The notes under the pieces: generated by a model
The model's database searches: none
The model's input: the letters and a program-made list of their open reading frames with translations, nothing else
What the model was told of the DNA's origin: nothing
Assembly: GCA_013239625.1 (NCBI GenBank)
Contig: MU053472.1
Location: 3,767,410 to 3,831,409, forward strand
Source: Lama guanicoe
Lineage: Eukaryota
DNA length: 64,000 bases
Reading direction: 5' to 3'
Program-made: the position numbers and the translations under genes
Shown here: in pieces, positions 35,450 to 48,870 of the stretch
Numbering within the stretch: position 1 is the stretch's first letter
How the letters are laid out: each line of letters opens with the position of its first letter

Positions 35450-35960
35450 CATCCTGTCTTTTCACACAAACTTCAGTTCTTATTGCAAATTCCCTAGAGG
35501 ACTGACATATTCATCTCTAAGTCAGCATTCCCAAGACTGAATTAAATTTTCCCTGCTCAAAATTCACTTCTTTTTCCAATATTCTTCTTTTGGTTTATGC
35601 AACATTTCCCCCCTAATTCTTCAGAAGTAGAAGTTTTTAACTCCTTCATCCCTATAGTTCAATCTGTTGGCAAGTACTTTCAACACTTCCTTCATAATTT
35701 CTGTGATTCACCCCTTTGTCTTTTAACTGTTACCACCAGAGTTCAAGCTCGCTTGTCATGCCGGATTACTACTGCAGCTCTCGAAGTTCTTCCTGCTGCA
35801 GATTTTCTTTTTCATTCCACCGTATTTTTTCTTTGATACTAAATTGTTCTGCTTAAAATACTGTTTTGATCATGAGCTCCCTTTGTTTCAGAATTGAGGA
35901 TGCCTCCTTTTTCACAGACGGCCAGCAAGGTCTAGCTCTTGTCATTCACTGGCCTTCACA
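35450..35960 (+). mobile_element. Degenerate L2 fragment
   Basis: tcaatctgttggcaagtactttc..ggattactactgcagc.., L2-like but highly diverged. Confidence 0.45.
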
Positions 35961-37914
35961 ATGTGATCCTACCTCAACTATCCAAACTGTCTCAGCAGAT
36001 CGATTTTTTAGTCATACCAGTCTTCTTGTACCTGGAAAACTTGAGAAGACGTGGTCAAGAACCAGACTTTTCCTCTCACTTGGCGCCTTGTTTTTTTCTC
36101 AAGGCTGTGGCTGGGAAGTTCCCCACATCTATTTGACAGTTGCCTATGGACCAGATCCTGCTTGACTTGTGTGACTATTTTTATCCTATTCAAATCCTGA
36201 TCCCCTTAAGGGATAGCTTAAGATCCCTCTCCTCCACAAAGCCCACAGGACCTACTGGCTGTACCACACAGTGTGACACGTGATAACGTACCACCATTTC
36301 GTGTGTGTATACCTGCATGTGTTATCTCCCCAGTAACTCCTGGGAAGAACCCAGCACGGTTTGGGAAGACAGATGTCTATGAAATACCTGCCAGCTAAGA
36401 GGCCATATTTCGGGCCCATTCTGAAGTGCCCCCGGGGAAAATCTCTGTGCGAACCCTTCTAGCATCCTACTCAGCGGTGACGTCAAGGGACTCTCTGGCT
36501 CTTGACGAGGAACACTGGGGAGCTACTGATCTTCCCTGTTATAAAGGCACTGGGGGATATTGTAGCCATTGCTATTTTAGGGAGAAAGATGGCTCCAGAA
36601 ACAGGCCCGATAATGACCAGGCTAAGAATAAACTTGGTGACAGACAGCAACTCCACGACTTAGATATTTGGCTAGGAAGGGAGTGCAGCCTCTGAAGCAT
36701 TTCAGGTAGGTGTGGGCTTAGCAATCTGATCTGCTGCTACTTTCTGAGGTCAGCCTGCCGAAAGGCAGGCGCATGGCCTGGTGACCGGGTGGTGACTCCC
36801 GCGCCGTTAAGTACTCATTTATAGGCATCTGCACGGAGGTACCCACCCGAACAAACACTAAGAAGGAGCAAAGGAAAGTGCCCAGGACCTTAGTGTAGTC
36901 ACTGTGTCAACAGCAATATCAGATAAAGTGTTTTTATGGCGGGGGGTGTGGTAGGGGGAAGAGTCGATGCACCTGAGGTTGGTGAGTCAGAAACTTGGTG
37001 CCACATTATATGGCACCATGAAGCCACCTTATGTTCCAGCCACCCCATGGTGGCTGATGTCATATAATTACCCTTGTGCTAACTGGGCCAAGAGGAAATG
37101 GACTGGATGGAAGCCAGAATAAGGTTTAGTTACCTCTTAGCCGAGCCACATTCAGCACCTATGAAGCCAAATGGCTTCTGGGGACTCCTTTCTGTACCAG
37201 TGAAGCTATTGTCATTGTCAGCCGGATAATGGTTGGCTTTATAGGTATCACGGTTTTTTTGCTTGCCTGTCCTCGAGACAAATATGTTTTCATCTAAATG
37301 TATTCAAATGAGCCACACACAAGTTGCCCAGTTATGATATCTCAAGCAGGAACAGGGTCCAGACAATTCCTGTTGGCTGAACCAGGACTGAACTTAATCC
37401 TAGACTGACTCAGCCTCTCTGTTAAAGTTGTTTGAAATTCTGATATCCCGCCAGAGATTGTTTCTAAAGAGTTCTCAGTGTGAAGTATGAATCACAAATG
37501 AATGGACCCTTGGGAGATCAAAAGCGCAGGCTTTCAGTATGATTTCAGCACACATTGCTCGATTGCCTGTGATGTGAGGGCCTCGTGTTATGTGGGCTGT
37601 AAGGAAACCCCCTCCCCTCCATTTAGTGGGTAAGAACATAAAGCAGAAGATTTGAAAAGTGCCACGCAGTGAATACAAACAAGGGGACTGGGACAGTTCA
37701 GATGACGAAGAGGTTCTTCAGGAAAGACGTAGCATCTAAACTTGCCCTTGAAGCACAAGTGTGAGTTTTAAAAGTGCTGGATGGGACTAATAGGCATTCC
37801 AAGCGAATGTGATAGACGAGTGAGTAATGCAGTTTGGTTTGGACAAGTAGTGTGGTGCACTTAGGAAGGACGCGGAGGTAAAGCTGAAAGGGGAGAGGGA
37901 AAGAGGAAGGAATC

Positions 37915-38145
37915 ACTATTTTTTTTGAGTGCCTACTGTGTGCAGGAACGGCCAGGACTTTAAATACATGATTTCATTTAATCTCTACAATAATGATCTT
38001 CTTGGGTGGGTGGTGATAAGCCGTGTTTTTTTTTTTACCCACAAGGAAACTCAAGAGGTTAGGCCACCCCTCAAAGTCACACATATCTAATCTGTGACAG
38101 AGTTGAAATGTGAAACCAGGCTGTCTGATTCCAAAGTCAGTGCAG
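37915..38145 (-). mobile_element. MIR SINE
   Basis: ttttttgagtgcctactgtgtgcagg..atttcatttaatctctacaa..aaggaaactcaagaggttagg..gtcacac..tgtctgattccaaag. Confidence 0.8.
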
Positions 38146-38149
38146 AGCC

Positions 38150-38800
38150 CCGATTTGATAGGCTAAGGAGTTTGAGTTTAATTCAGGGGAAGAGTCACTG
38201 ATGGTATTTGAACAGGACAGTGATATGATCAGAGCCATCTTCAGGAGATTGTTCTTGCAGAGACAGAGAGATTTAGAATGGTGAGAGATTAGAGACTAGT
38301 TAGTGGTCTGTTATAACTGTTCAGACTCCAGAGACACAGAGAAGGTTAGGTTTCCAAAGATGAGTTTAACTGATTGGATATAGGGAGGAGGAATCATAAT
38401 GACTCCAAGGTGCTCAGCCTGGATCTCTAGGAAAATGATGGTGCCATTAACAAAAGTAGGTGAGTTAAGAGCGGTTACTGGTTTAGGGTGGAGGACAGGG
38501 AGAAGGTGTGATGTAGGTTTGGCGTATTTGAGTTTGAGGTACCCATAAGACTACAAAGAAAGAATGTCCAGTAGACCTTTTGAAGTGCAGGAGAATTTGA
38601 CTTTGGAGACAAATTTTGGAATTATCATCGACGATATGGGAGTGAATAAGAAATGCCAGAGAGGGATAATGGAAATCGGAGGACAGAACCCTGTATCTAA
38701 ATGAGAAGAAGAAGAGAAGAAAAGGAAGAGGCAACAAATGAGGGGCAGTTAGAGGAATGGAGCAACTGGAACAGTATTACGTCATGAACAGCAAGCGAGG
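38150..38800 (-). mobile_element. L2 fragment
   Basis: gctaaggagtttgagttt..gagtcactgatggtatttgaacagg..tgatatgatcaga..aatgactccaagg..tgatggtgccattaac. Confidence 0.7.
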
Positions 38801-41800
38801 AGAGGGTCAAGAAGGAGATGACTCTAGAGATCAGAAGGAATTTAGGGATGTTTATCTTGCTTTAGCATCAACCCCCTTTCTTAGCAAACAACTGGCACCA
38901 TTAAGTTCAAATATGTCCCCCCTCCCCCCCCTTTTTTTTTCTGCTTTCAACTCTGTTACGGAGGAAATTAGGCAATAAGAGAACTGGCTATTAAAGATGT
39001 GTTTGGCGGTCACATTTTAAATTTAAGCTAGTGAAAGCTCTCAGTTTTACTGCTAGCAAAATAAAAAGTCTCAAGTCTTGCCCTAAAGCATTGGAGGTTT
39101 AGTTCCCACAAAGGCTTTTATAATTTGGGGGCTTCTGTCCTCTTCCTCTGTGATTCTCCCTGTGGTCCAGCAAGTCTCCTTTCATTACGTTCAGTACATG
39201 AAATCCATGCCCAGGATTCAGGATTCCGGGTTGCAAGTCCAATATGCATTGCGTTGCCTCGTCAACCTAATTTGTGAAATGGGTGGTACTAATTAAAGGA
39301 GAATAAAATAGCTAATGAAGGATTGTAAAGCACTTTGCTAATATAAAATGCAACATCAAAGCTGAGTAATAGTCTTAATTTAGGGTGAAGGGTTCCATTA
39401 GCAGAATAAAAATAAAAAGGACAAAGGGTAGTGTTGCTTTGTACCTTGGTAACTGTGTGCAAATCAAAAGTGTTGCTATCGATCCCCGTTGCTCTGTGGA
39501 CTCTCAACCCAGGAGTTTGGCTCCCCTCCCTAACTCTCTCAAGTACTTCCCTTACTCACAAAGTGTGATGATGGCACCTCCCCGAATCTCCTGACAAACG
39601 CAAACAGGAACCTCCATTCAGCAGAGCTCCCTTGATAACTGAGAAGGTTCCTCTTCCACTTATCAGCGCCTTGATTACCTTTTGGTACCTCTTACCATCT
39701 GCGCTTAGCAAGAAGAATAAAGGGGTTTGAGCAAGTAGGAAGTAACAAAGAACCCGCAGTTCACAGAGAGCAAGCCAAGGGATGTCTGGAATATTTGAAC
39801 ATACGAGCCCATTTGGCGTGAGGCAGCCGACCTGCATCCTCGGGGTCACAGGAGGCTGGAGAGCAGATCCAGCTGCTGGGAGCCTGAAACAAAGGAAAGG
39901 TGATGCTATCGCGTGGCTCCTCACTGAAGTCTTGAAATTCTGGGCTTCAGGCACATCAACTTTTTAGGGTATAAAGGATCTAAAGGTAAGAAAAAAGACC
40001 CACTCTGAAAAAAGATGGGATACTGTTGGGAGTAAATCACCAATGAGTTTTTCCATCCCTTTCCGTGCAGATCACTAGTCCAAGTCCTCATAAAATGTTA
40101 GTAGGGACTGAAGTTCACCTGAGACACTCAGCCACCACTGCGGCCTAAAGCCAGTGGAGGGCAAGAGTTTCTCTGAGTCAATTCTGCGGGGACGATAAAT
40201 AAATAAAATAGTTTTTAATAGTCTCCAAATGACTCCTGCCCTGAAGGAGCTTCCCATCAGATCTAGAAGGCAGGTTAAAGGGTCCAAAGTGGCAAGGGAG
40301 CCCTTCCAAAACAGTGAAGCAAGAGCAGGTTAGTCTCCCATTCATTCCACCTTCTCCCGATGTGCATTTGCATCCTCTGTGTGTTGTTTCACAAATTGCC
40401 TTAAGACTTTTGTGCATGAGCGTGTGTGTGCATGGCTGTGGATCTACTGCCAGATTTTAGTCTCTTGAGAGCAGAAGTTATTCCCTTTTTTTTTTTTTGG
40501 CAGGGAGATGCATTAAAGATTATGCTTGACTTGCACAATGATACTGAGGAAAGACAATAAAAATATTTCTGGGGATGGGTTACTAAGCAGGAAGTTTATC
40601 CTTAAAGAACTGAGTTGTTCAGGGTTATGGAGGAGAATTTAGGCATGATATAAAAGGGAAGGAAGAGAACTCTCCCTTGCGAAGAGGTCAAAATACTATA
40701 AAGCTGACTTTTAAATTTACGCAAAATATACAGAAGGAGCTGAAGAGAAAGCAGAAATCTGAAAATAATCATATCCTGATCAGATGACAAGGCAGCTACC
40801 AAACATATTTGGCCTCAAACCTGTTTATTAAAATAGATCATTCAACATACATTTTTCCCCCCGTAACTTCTATTCTGGACCTGACATTATACTAGAGGGT
40901 GAATAAGACCTAGTCCCTGACTTGGAGGAGCTCAGCATGTACTTTACAGGAGGGAGGACAGGACTAGCGTTCTGTTGAACATCTCTTAAGACCCAGGCGT
41001 TCTGCTGGAGGAACTGGGTAAGAGGGTGGGTTGCAGTGGAACACTGACTGATACAACTAACTGTAAGAGGTAGGTGTCCTTTGAGAATTTTGACGACATC
41101 ACTTCAGGAGACTAGCTGGGGGACGTATTTAATTCTCGAGGCTGAAGGCTGGTCAGAGGGTTAGAGAAGGACCCAGTGTGGGCTGGGCTGGGCTGGGAGG
41201 GCGAGGGCAAAAAGACATAGGGAGCTGTAGGACTTAGATCTTGCAGGCTCTGGCTCACAGGGGAATGGGTGGTGCCCCTGGTTTTCTCTGTAGAGCCGAG
41301 GAGATGGGGGAAAGGTCCACGGGAAGAGAAAGTACAAGGAAAGGAGCAGGGAACCAAACTGCTTTCCCATCATACACATTCTCGGTAAAAGGTTTTGAGG
41401 AGCAAAGACGATGTTTTTCTGGGTTTGTTCTCTTTAACACCTAGAACTCTGCCACAAGAGGCCGCTTAGATGTCTTACTGTTTAGTTCCTAGGAGCTCAA
41501 GAGATGCTGCTTTTAGGAATTCCTAAAGTATTCAGAGGCTGGAAATACCACCTGGCACCAGTGCCGAGATACCCAGGCACCATCCACAGAGACCCAGTGA
41601 GGCGCTGAGCCCGAAGTGGCAGTCCCTGCTCGGCCCCACAGCGCCACCTCTCACTTTCCCTTTCATCCCCTGCCTAGCAGGCTGCACTGTGGGTGGGAAT
41701 AAAAGTCGACTCTCCTTTCGCATCCAGGCGGCTGCCAGCGGTCTGTTTGCCTTGTTCTTTGCTGGCAAATCATTAAACAGTCCCCCCAAAGAGGCCTCTT

Positions 41801-43957
41801 CCCCAGGGCCACCGCACGGACGGGGGTTCAGAGCTGTGGTCAAAGGGCTGTCAGCAGCCGGGCTGGAGCCCTTGGGCTGTCTCCTACACAAGCCTCCCCT
41901 GACGTTGCCTCTTCTGAACAGAAGCCTCCTTGGCCCGATCTCAACCCCTAGTGGCTTCTGAGGCGAGACTCTGGGCATCCGTGCTGGCTGTGGCTTGAAC
42001 CGTTTTGTCCTCCTCCTCCTGATGCAATTTCTAACTGCAACTACCCCTGTATTTCCTCTATTGTTTCTTGATGGAGCACAGGCCCATGCTCCATATTTTT
42101 TCCACTTTGCAGTATGAGTGGAGCAGTGTATGTTACTGCTCAGGAGCTGGGGGGTGGGAATCAGCCAAGCTCCATAGCTTCACCCCATCCCCACTCGCAA
42201 TGTGACAGTTAAAGCCTGAGCATGGATTTAGTTAAGCCGGCCCACTTGGATACAGTATCTGCCCTCAAAGGGCTTATAAAGCAGACCAGGAAGACAGCAA
42301 TGTGGAGCAGAGTCTGCAGGGCGATTTGAAATCCCTACCACCTCTGAGCAGGAGACTAGGCTTCTTTCAAGATGTGGACTGTGGGTGTGACACTACCCGC
42401 TTCCAGCAGGTTTCCTAAGTTCCTACCATCGCTGGCATGAGTTTGGCTAGAACAAGAACAGCAGAGTAAGAAAGCAGACTGTGTCAAGGCTGTTTGCAGT
42501 TAGCAGGCTGGGTTACGTGTGAGAGTTAACTGCCTCACTGTGGTAAGAGTTAAGGCCACGCCTAGGAAGGGACCTGTCCGAAGCCTCCTTAGACCCTTAT
42601 GCTGGAAACGTGAGGAGTGGGTGTTACCCCTGGCGATACTGCCACCTGCGTCAAGACCTCATCTTTTCTTTCTCTTTGAACAAGACTTGGCTGGCTGTAC
42701 GCGGGACCTCAATGGTGCCTCCTACAGGATGGAGGTCAGAGGTGGTGGCAGGATCTCCCTAGGACAGTGCTCACTGACCAAGTGGCAGAACTCAGATGAC
42801 ATTTCAGGAACTTTTGTTCGGATTCTTGGCAGTTTGAGCCCCGAGTCCCTCACCTGGTGGAAGGAAAGTGTCCAAACCACGTGCCTGGGGTGTCTTCTAA
42901 GGTCCTGACCTTTGTGGGCCTCAGATCCTTGGTATTGTATTTCATAGTCTTCCTTCCAAAGCACAATGATGTAACTCAAATGATGTTCAGTGGGCTCCCT
43001 CTCCTTTGCTCTTAACTTCATGAGTAGCTTCTGGGTGCCCCTGTAACTAGAGGTCATTCTGGGCTGAGTCAGGACAAAACTTGTTTCTACATGGGAATAT
43101 AGTAGACAGAAACTCTGCCTCTTGGGTGGTTGAGGCTTTTCTCCGTCTCTCTCCCTGGTTACTGCCAAATAAGGTTTCTTCTCTGATACAGTTTCTTTCA
43201 AAAGCCACTCAGTTAGCTCTTTTTTCTTTCTTCACCCTTTCTTCTTCTTGCTTATGACCCTGTGAACCATCCATACCAAGATGCCAAGCAGAGTGTGGGG
43301 TCAGGAAAACCATACCATGGGACCATCGTAGGGCAAAGAGGTCCAGTTACATCCTGGAGCTTGGACACGAGCTGAGACAGGGACAGGTGAATTTGTAAAC
43401 TGAAGAATGAAGTCTTTAATGTGGGGTGAGACGGTGGGGCAGATGGCAGTCTGGCTGAATGTCTATTATTTGGGCCTGAGTTTCTGTGACCTCTAATTTC
43501 AGGACACACCTTTCTCATCCTAAACAAACATGGATTATTCACTGGGAAAGCATCTCTGAGCAGCGTCTGGGTCTGGCTGCCTTGTTGTGGCTGGAAGAGA
43601 CGAGATAAGCCTGAGGGGAGAGAAAGGAAGCTGAGGCTGCTGGGCAGAAAAAGCTTCGGCCCAGAGGGAAAAGAAGCAGACAGACCTGGCTCCTGTCTTG
43701 TTGCTAAGAATGATTCGAGTTTGAAAATTCTAAAAATGCAGGTCCTGAAGACTTCCGTCCGGGCGCAGTGGTCCTCACTTGGTGATGATCATTGTAGCGC
43801 ACGGAACACTGCCCAACGTGTGGACCTGGAGGTGGCATGGGGGAGTGTTCAGAACTGAGGTTGAATTTAGGAGACTTCAACCTCCTTCTATGAGTTATGA
43901 AACGGAGGGCAGTCTGTAACGGAGGCTCACGTGCCTCATCTGTACAAAGCAAGTTTT

Positions 43958-44113
43958 TTTTTTAACTTTAATTTTATTTTTCAGGGACGAGGTCATTAGT
44001 TCGGTTTATTTACTTATTTTTATTATTATTTTTTAAATGGAGGTACTGGGGATCGAACCCAGGACCATTTGCATGCTAAGCATGTGCTCTACCACTGAGC
44101 TATACCCTCCCCC
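43958..44113 (-). mobile_element. Young tRNA-derived SINE (camelid Vic-1-like) with perfect 14-bp TSD
   Basis: ggaggtactggggatcgaacccaggacc..gcatgctaagcatgtgctctaccactgagctataccctcccc. ACAAAGCAAGTTTT at 43944-43957 and 44114-44127. Confidence 0.92.
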
Positions 44114-45549
44114 ACAAAGCAAGTTTTGAAGTTCCGTCAAAGGTCTGGACCAGGCTCGGCTGTTAGCAATTCACATCTTTCTTATAAACTGTATGGCAGT
44201 TGGATTCAAATTAAGTTGTATTCATTCTTCCACCAGATTCTAGGGGCCAACATTATGCAAAGCCCCAGACTGGCCTTTGGTGGGCTCGGCGCCCCCCTCT
44301 CAGACTTAGTCACCCTGCTTTGTGTGGGAACTTGGCACAGGCCTTCACCCCTTCTCTTGTCGGCCCTCTTGCTCGCCAGCACCTCCGCCCCCCAAGGAGG
44401 TTTTCTGAACCCAGTTAGAAATCCCGGAGACCTGTCATCCATCCTCTCCCTGCTAGTCCCTTCCCATCAGGTGGCCCAAGGCTATGCTTCTCTCATCCCA
44501 CCAACATTAGTTTCTTTTGTACCTTAAAAAAAAAAATTAAGTTGAGCAGGCATACGTTTTCCTTGTTAAAAAAAATTTAACAAAACAGAGAAAGGGAAAC
44601 TCCTCTTGACATTTCCCCAGCCTCCCACCTGAATTTACTAGGAAACACAGCCCTCCCGAAGAGGGAGTGACACGGGTAAAGGTATATACGTGAATGAGGT
44701 CCAGAAGTTTCCAAATCCAAGCCCAAACAATTGCTGTTAGGATCTCGCCTGTAGACATGGGCCCTGACCTCCTTAAATAAAGAGCCAGACAACCGAGCTG
44801 GGCCTTGGAGACCGTTCTGGTGCTGGGAGCCAGAAGCAGCAACTCCAGGCCGGTCTGCCCTTTCCCAACCCCCTCGCTACAGGAGCTTGACTTTATGATG
44901 CTGGTGTGTCCTGCCGCCTGAGATAAAAGTCAGGGAGTTCTAAGTTCAGGTAATGGGGGGTTGCATAGGAGAGAATGATTATAAAATCTGAAAAGAGGAA
45001 ATGGGGAGAAGGTGCCTTTGATGCCTGGCCAGTGTTCCTGATTACAAAGGCAAAATTTGTAGCTGGCAGTAAAGTTACCTGTCCAAGGCCTGGGTGAAGG
45101 TCTGTAAGTGGAATCAGAGAAGGAAGAGATTATTGCGGCAGAGCCAGGCGGGGAGGAGGGAGGCTGGGAAACAGGAGACAGTAAAGAATTGCTTGCAAAA
45201 GCACACACCCCAAGAGGAGGAGATGCCACGGATAAAGTAAGATCAGCATTAAGTTCGGGGCTCAGTTGAGCCCTGGAATGCCCTTTGTGAGGAGGTAATG
45301 AGATCACATGGCCTCCTTCATGGGAAGGAGGCGGGCTGAGAACTGGAAGAGCTTGTTCAGTGGGGTTTGGAGGGCTGAGCACTGGAGGGAAGTGACCGTG
45401 GATAATGAGCTGTCCCAGACTGCGCCTGGTGGAAGGCTGGCCTTCAGAGGCGCTGTGACCATCACCAAGGGAGAATTAGTCAGAAAGGGCTTTGTCCCTT
45501 CCAGGAATGAGGAGGGATTTTATTCTTGCGGATGCAGTCATAAAAGCAA

Positions 45550-45750
45550 CCACCATTTAATGAGCACTTACTGAGTGGCAGGCTCTGTGCTGGCGTATGT
45601 CCACTGTCTGCCGTCTTCACGATCATCAGGAGGCATTTTTGATTCCATTCTGAAGATGAGGAATTTAAGTCTCAGACAAGCTAAGTAATAACCTGCCCAC
45701 GGTCACACAGGTAAATGATGGAGTCTGAATCTGAACCTTAGGTCTGTTTG
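45550..45750 (-). mobile_element. MIR SINE
   Basis: catttaatgagcacttactgagtggcaggctctgtgct..ccattctgaagatgaggaa..cctgcccacggtcacacag. Confidence 0.75.
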
Positions 45751-47353
45751 GGGAGGGAAGGCAGAAATCAGAACAAATAAGTTTAAGGAGAAGGACAGAG
45801 ATGCAGACTACAAACTCAAGAATACGAAATACAGCACACACCACTGAAGACCTGTGTCTTTATGGAGGTGTTTAAAATGCTTGTGCAAAGCCGAGTTCTC
45901 AGCCAGAGCGGCCTGGACCCTAAGAGCGAGTCCTCTTAATTTGCCTCTCATGGCAGGGACAGGGGGTCGCATCTCCTGGCCTTTCAGGAAGATGCAATTA
46001 ACCAATCCTTAAGGCCGCCAAGTTCCCAGGAGCTGTCCCCAACCACACCCTCCCCGAATCGTGCAAGCGCATGTCTCCTGGCCCTCTCCTGGCATCACTG
46101 AGGGGACAAGTGGCCTGATGCAGAAATCATGTTTGCATCTTTGTTATTAGCAGATCTTGCACCCCAAGGAGGCAGATGCACTTAGATCTGTTTTCTTCTT
46201 AGGAGCCCTCTTCCCCAGCTGACATTCCCCGGAGGTAGTGAACAGCATCCTGGTCACATGGCCTTTTCTTGGTTTCTGAGAAACTCGCACTGTGAAAGAG
46301 TCAAACGACGCAAAAGTGTCGTGAGCGTGGTTTTCACGCCACAAATAGGACTATACGAGAAATACCCATGATACTTTATTTTCTTATGATCAACTTAGGT
46401 CTGACTTCAAAGTCTGTCCCACTAAGGTAGATGGAATTTGTTTTCGTGGGAGCTTCCCTCTCACACACCAGCCCAAACTGAAATATCTAAGGGACCCCTC
46501 TGCTACTTGTCCACACTGGTCATCACCAACACGCCCCTTGTCCAAGCTCAAGCGTTCCCTTGAAGTCCACGTAGTTTGCAGCATCCCTGCCAGGGCCCAG
46601 CCTGGGCCTGCGGCATCTCTGCCTGGGGTCCCCCCCCTTCCAGGTCATGGGCTGCAGAGTCCCACAGCTTGGCACATCTCCAGGCTCCTCCTCCCACCCT
46701 CGGGGCTCCAGGGACTCTGTCTCCCTGCCCCCCCCCCCCCCCCGCCCCATTCCTCAGTGCAGTTCAGCCTTCTTCACAAAAGGCAGGAAGATGGGTCTTC
46801 AGCAACACCTTTGGTAAATGCGCCCGAGGTGAGGAAATAGAAGGGAAGGCTCTCTTCTTGGGACGGGAGGAGGGGAAAGACAGGAACAAACTGCAGATAG
46901 CTCCCATTCTTTCTTATTCTTCCACAACAGCACAAAATAAAACTCAAATTAATACTTCAGCAGATTGTCCTATGATGGAAGCAATCAAAGCAGCACACCA
47001 AATTCTCTCTCTCCCCTCTCCTCTCTAATTCCTCTCCCAAAGCCACCATTATCAGGATTTTGATGTGCATTGTGTTGTCTTTATGGGTAACTATTGGTTA
47101 TCTGGTTGTAGACATTCAATATTTAATTAAGAAAAACCTATGTAGCAGGCGGTGGAGGTGGGTCACAGCCCCAGGGAGAGGGAGGTACACAGACAAGGAA
47201 AGTACCATGCAGAAATACAGGGTGCTAGGAGGGCCCAGAGGGGAGGCCTCTAACCCATCCTGACAGAGCAGCAAGCACCAGAAGTGCTTGGGGACTGGAA
47301 ACGAGTTATTTCTGGAGCCAGGGTGGCAGGGGCGTTGGCGCGTTGGCGGGGGG

Positions 47354-47542
47354 NNNNNNNNNNNNNNNNNNNNNNNNNNNNNNNNNNNNNNNNNNNNNNN
47401 NNNNNNNNNNNNNNNNNNNNNNNNNNNNNNNNNNNNNNNNNNNNNNNNNNNNNNNNNNNNNNNNNNNNNNNNNNNNNNNNNNNNNNNNNNNNNNNNNNNN
47501 NNNNNNNNNNNNNNNNNNNNNNNNNNNNNNNNNNNNNNNNNN
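47354..47542. other. Assembly gap (189 N)
   Basis: Run of N flanked by G tracts. Confidence 1.
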
Positions 47543-48260
47543 GGGAGAAAGAGCATCAGAAGGGATGGTAAGCGGTGGGGTGAGGTGTGAGGGCCAGAGC
47601 TGGAGCAGGCAGAGCCTTTTAAGCTGTGTTTAAAAGCGCAGGCTTTATTCTCAGAGCTATGAGGAGCCTTTTCAGAGCCTCAGGAGGAAGAGTGACGCGC
47701 CCAGATTAGCAGTTCAGACCACCTTGGCTTCAGTATAGACAACGTGTGGGGTGAGGTGCCCCCAGCTAAGTGGTGGTTTCAGTAAATTAGCATCACAGTG
47801 ATGGTGGCCTGTGTGGGAGTAGCTGTCACGGGGATGGTGGAAAGAGGACAAATAAGAGAAACGTTGAGGAGATAGAATTGTTAAGAGTTTGGTGATTGGG
47901 GGGGTGGGGTGGGTGAAGGAGATTAGCGGGGCCGAGGAAGACAACATCTGACTTGAGTGACACGTTCCCAAGGATTAAGGAGAGTGGTTCCAGTCTCTGA
48001 AACAGAGAACACTGGAGGGATAAAATGATCACTTCAATTGTGAACATCCCGAGTTTGAAGTGTTTCATTTAAGGATCTTCAAGCAGAAACAACCAGCCGC
48101 CATGTGGGGTCTGGAGCTCGAGAGTGGTCTGGGCTGGACATCTGTAATTACCACCTCTGTGTGGAAACCCCAGCCTTGGGATTGGCTGAGGTCGCCCAGG
48201 GGGACCGTGGAGAGTGAAAAGAGAAGAGGGCCTAGGTCATTCCTGGAAGTCACCACCATT
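47543..48260 (-). mobile_element. L2 fragment
   Basis: ggctttattctcagagctatgaggagcc..gaggagatagaattg..tgaacatcccgagtttgaagtgt..gagagtggtctgggctgga. Confidence 0.7.
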
Positions 48261-48459
48261 TCAGGGCTTTGTGTTTGGGCCCGCATGCTTTAGGAATCTA
48301 TAATTAGGAAGGCAGATTTTCTTGGTCGTGGATTGGGGGAAGGTATTGTGTTTTCAAAGTCAAATTTGTTGTTTTTTGTTGGTGTTGTGTTTGTTTTGTT
48401 GTTTGTTTCTTTTGTTTTGCTTTGGTTTTTACCTTATCCTACTTCTTTCCATTTCTTCT

Positions 48460-48870
48460 GACCCTCTGATCTCGGCTGTGTCGTCCTGGGCATGTTGCTT
48501 AAGTGTTCAGTGCCTCAGTTTCCCCATCTTTAAAATAGAGACAGTTATAGAGTTGTTATGAGGATAAAAAGAGTTAATACACAAAAGCGCGTGAAACAAT
48601 CACTGGCCCACTGTATTTACTCAACAAATGTAAATTATCACCATCATCATCGTTAGCATGGACAATGGAGGGTTGACTGCAGTTCCTTTGGAGTTACCTG
48701 GCTCCAGAGGGTGGAGTCAGACAGAACTGGGTCCTAATCCTGTGTGACCTTAATTTCTCTGAGCCTCAAGCTTCTTTCTGTTCTTTAAGTGGGAATGATC
48801 ACACCTACCTCGCAGTGAGATAGCATCTACATGCTCTGGCATGCCAAAGGCATTTACTAATGGTTCATTT
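48460..48870 (+). mobile_element. Two tandem MIR fragments
   Basis: tgcctcagtttccccatctttaaaatagaga..gttgttatgaggataaa, and ggagtcagacagaactgggtc..tgtgtgacctt..tctctgagcctca. Confidence 0.75.

Noticed and set aside
47116..47633. ORFs spanning X runs
   Set aside because: Artefacts of the N gap.
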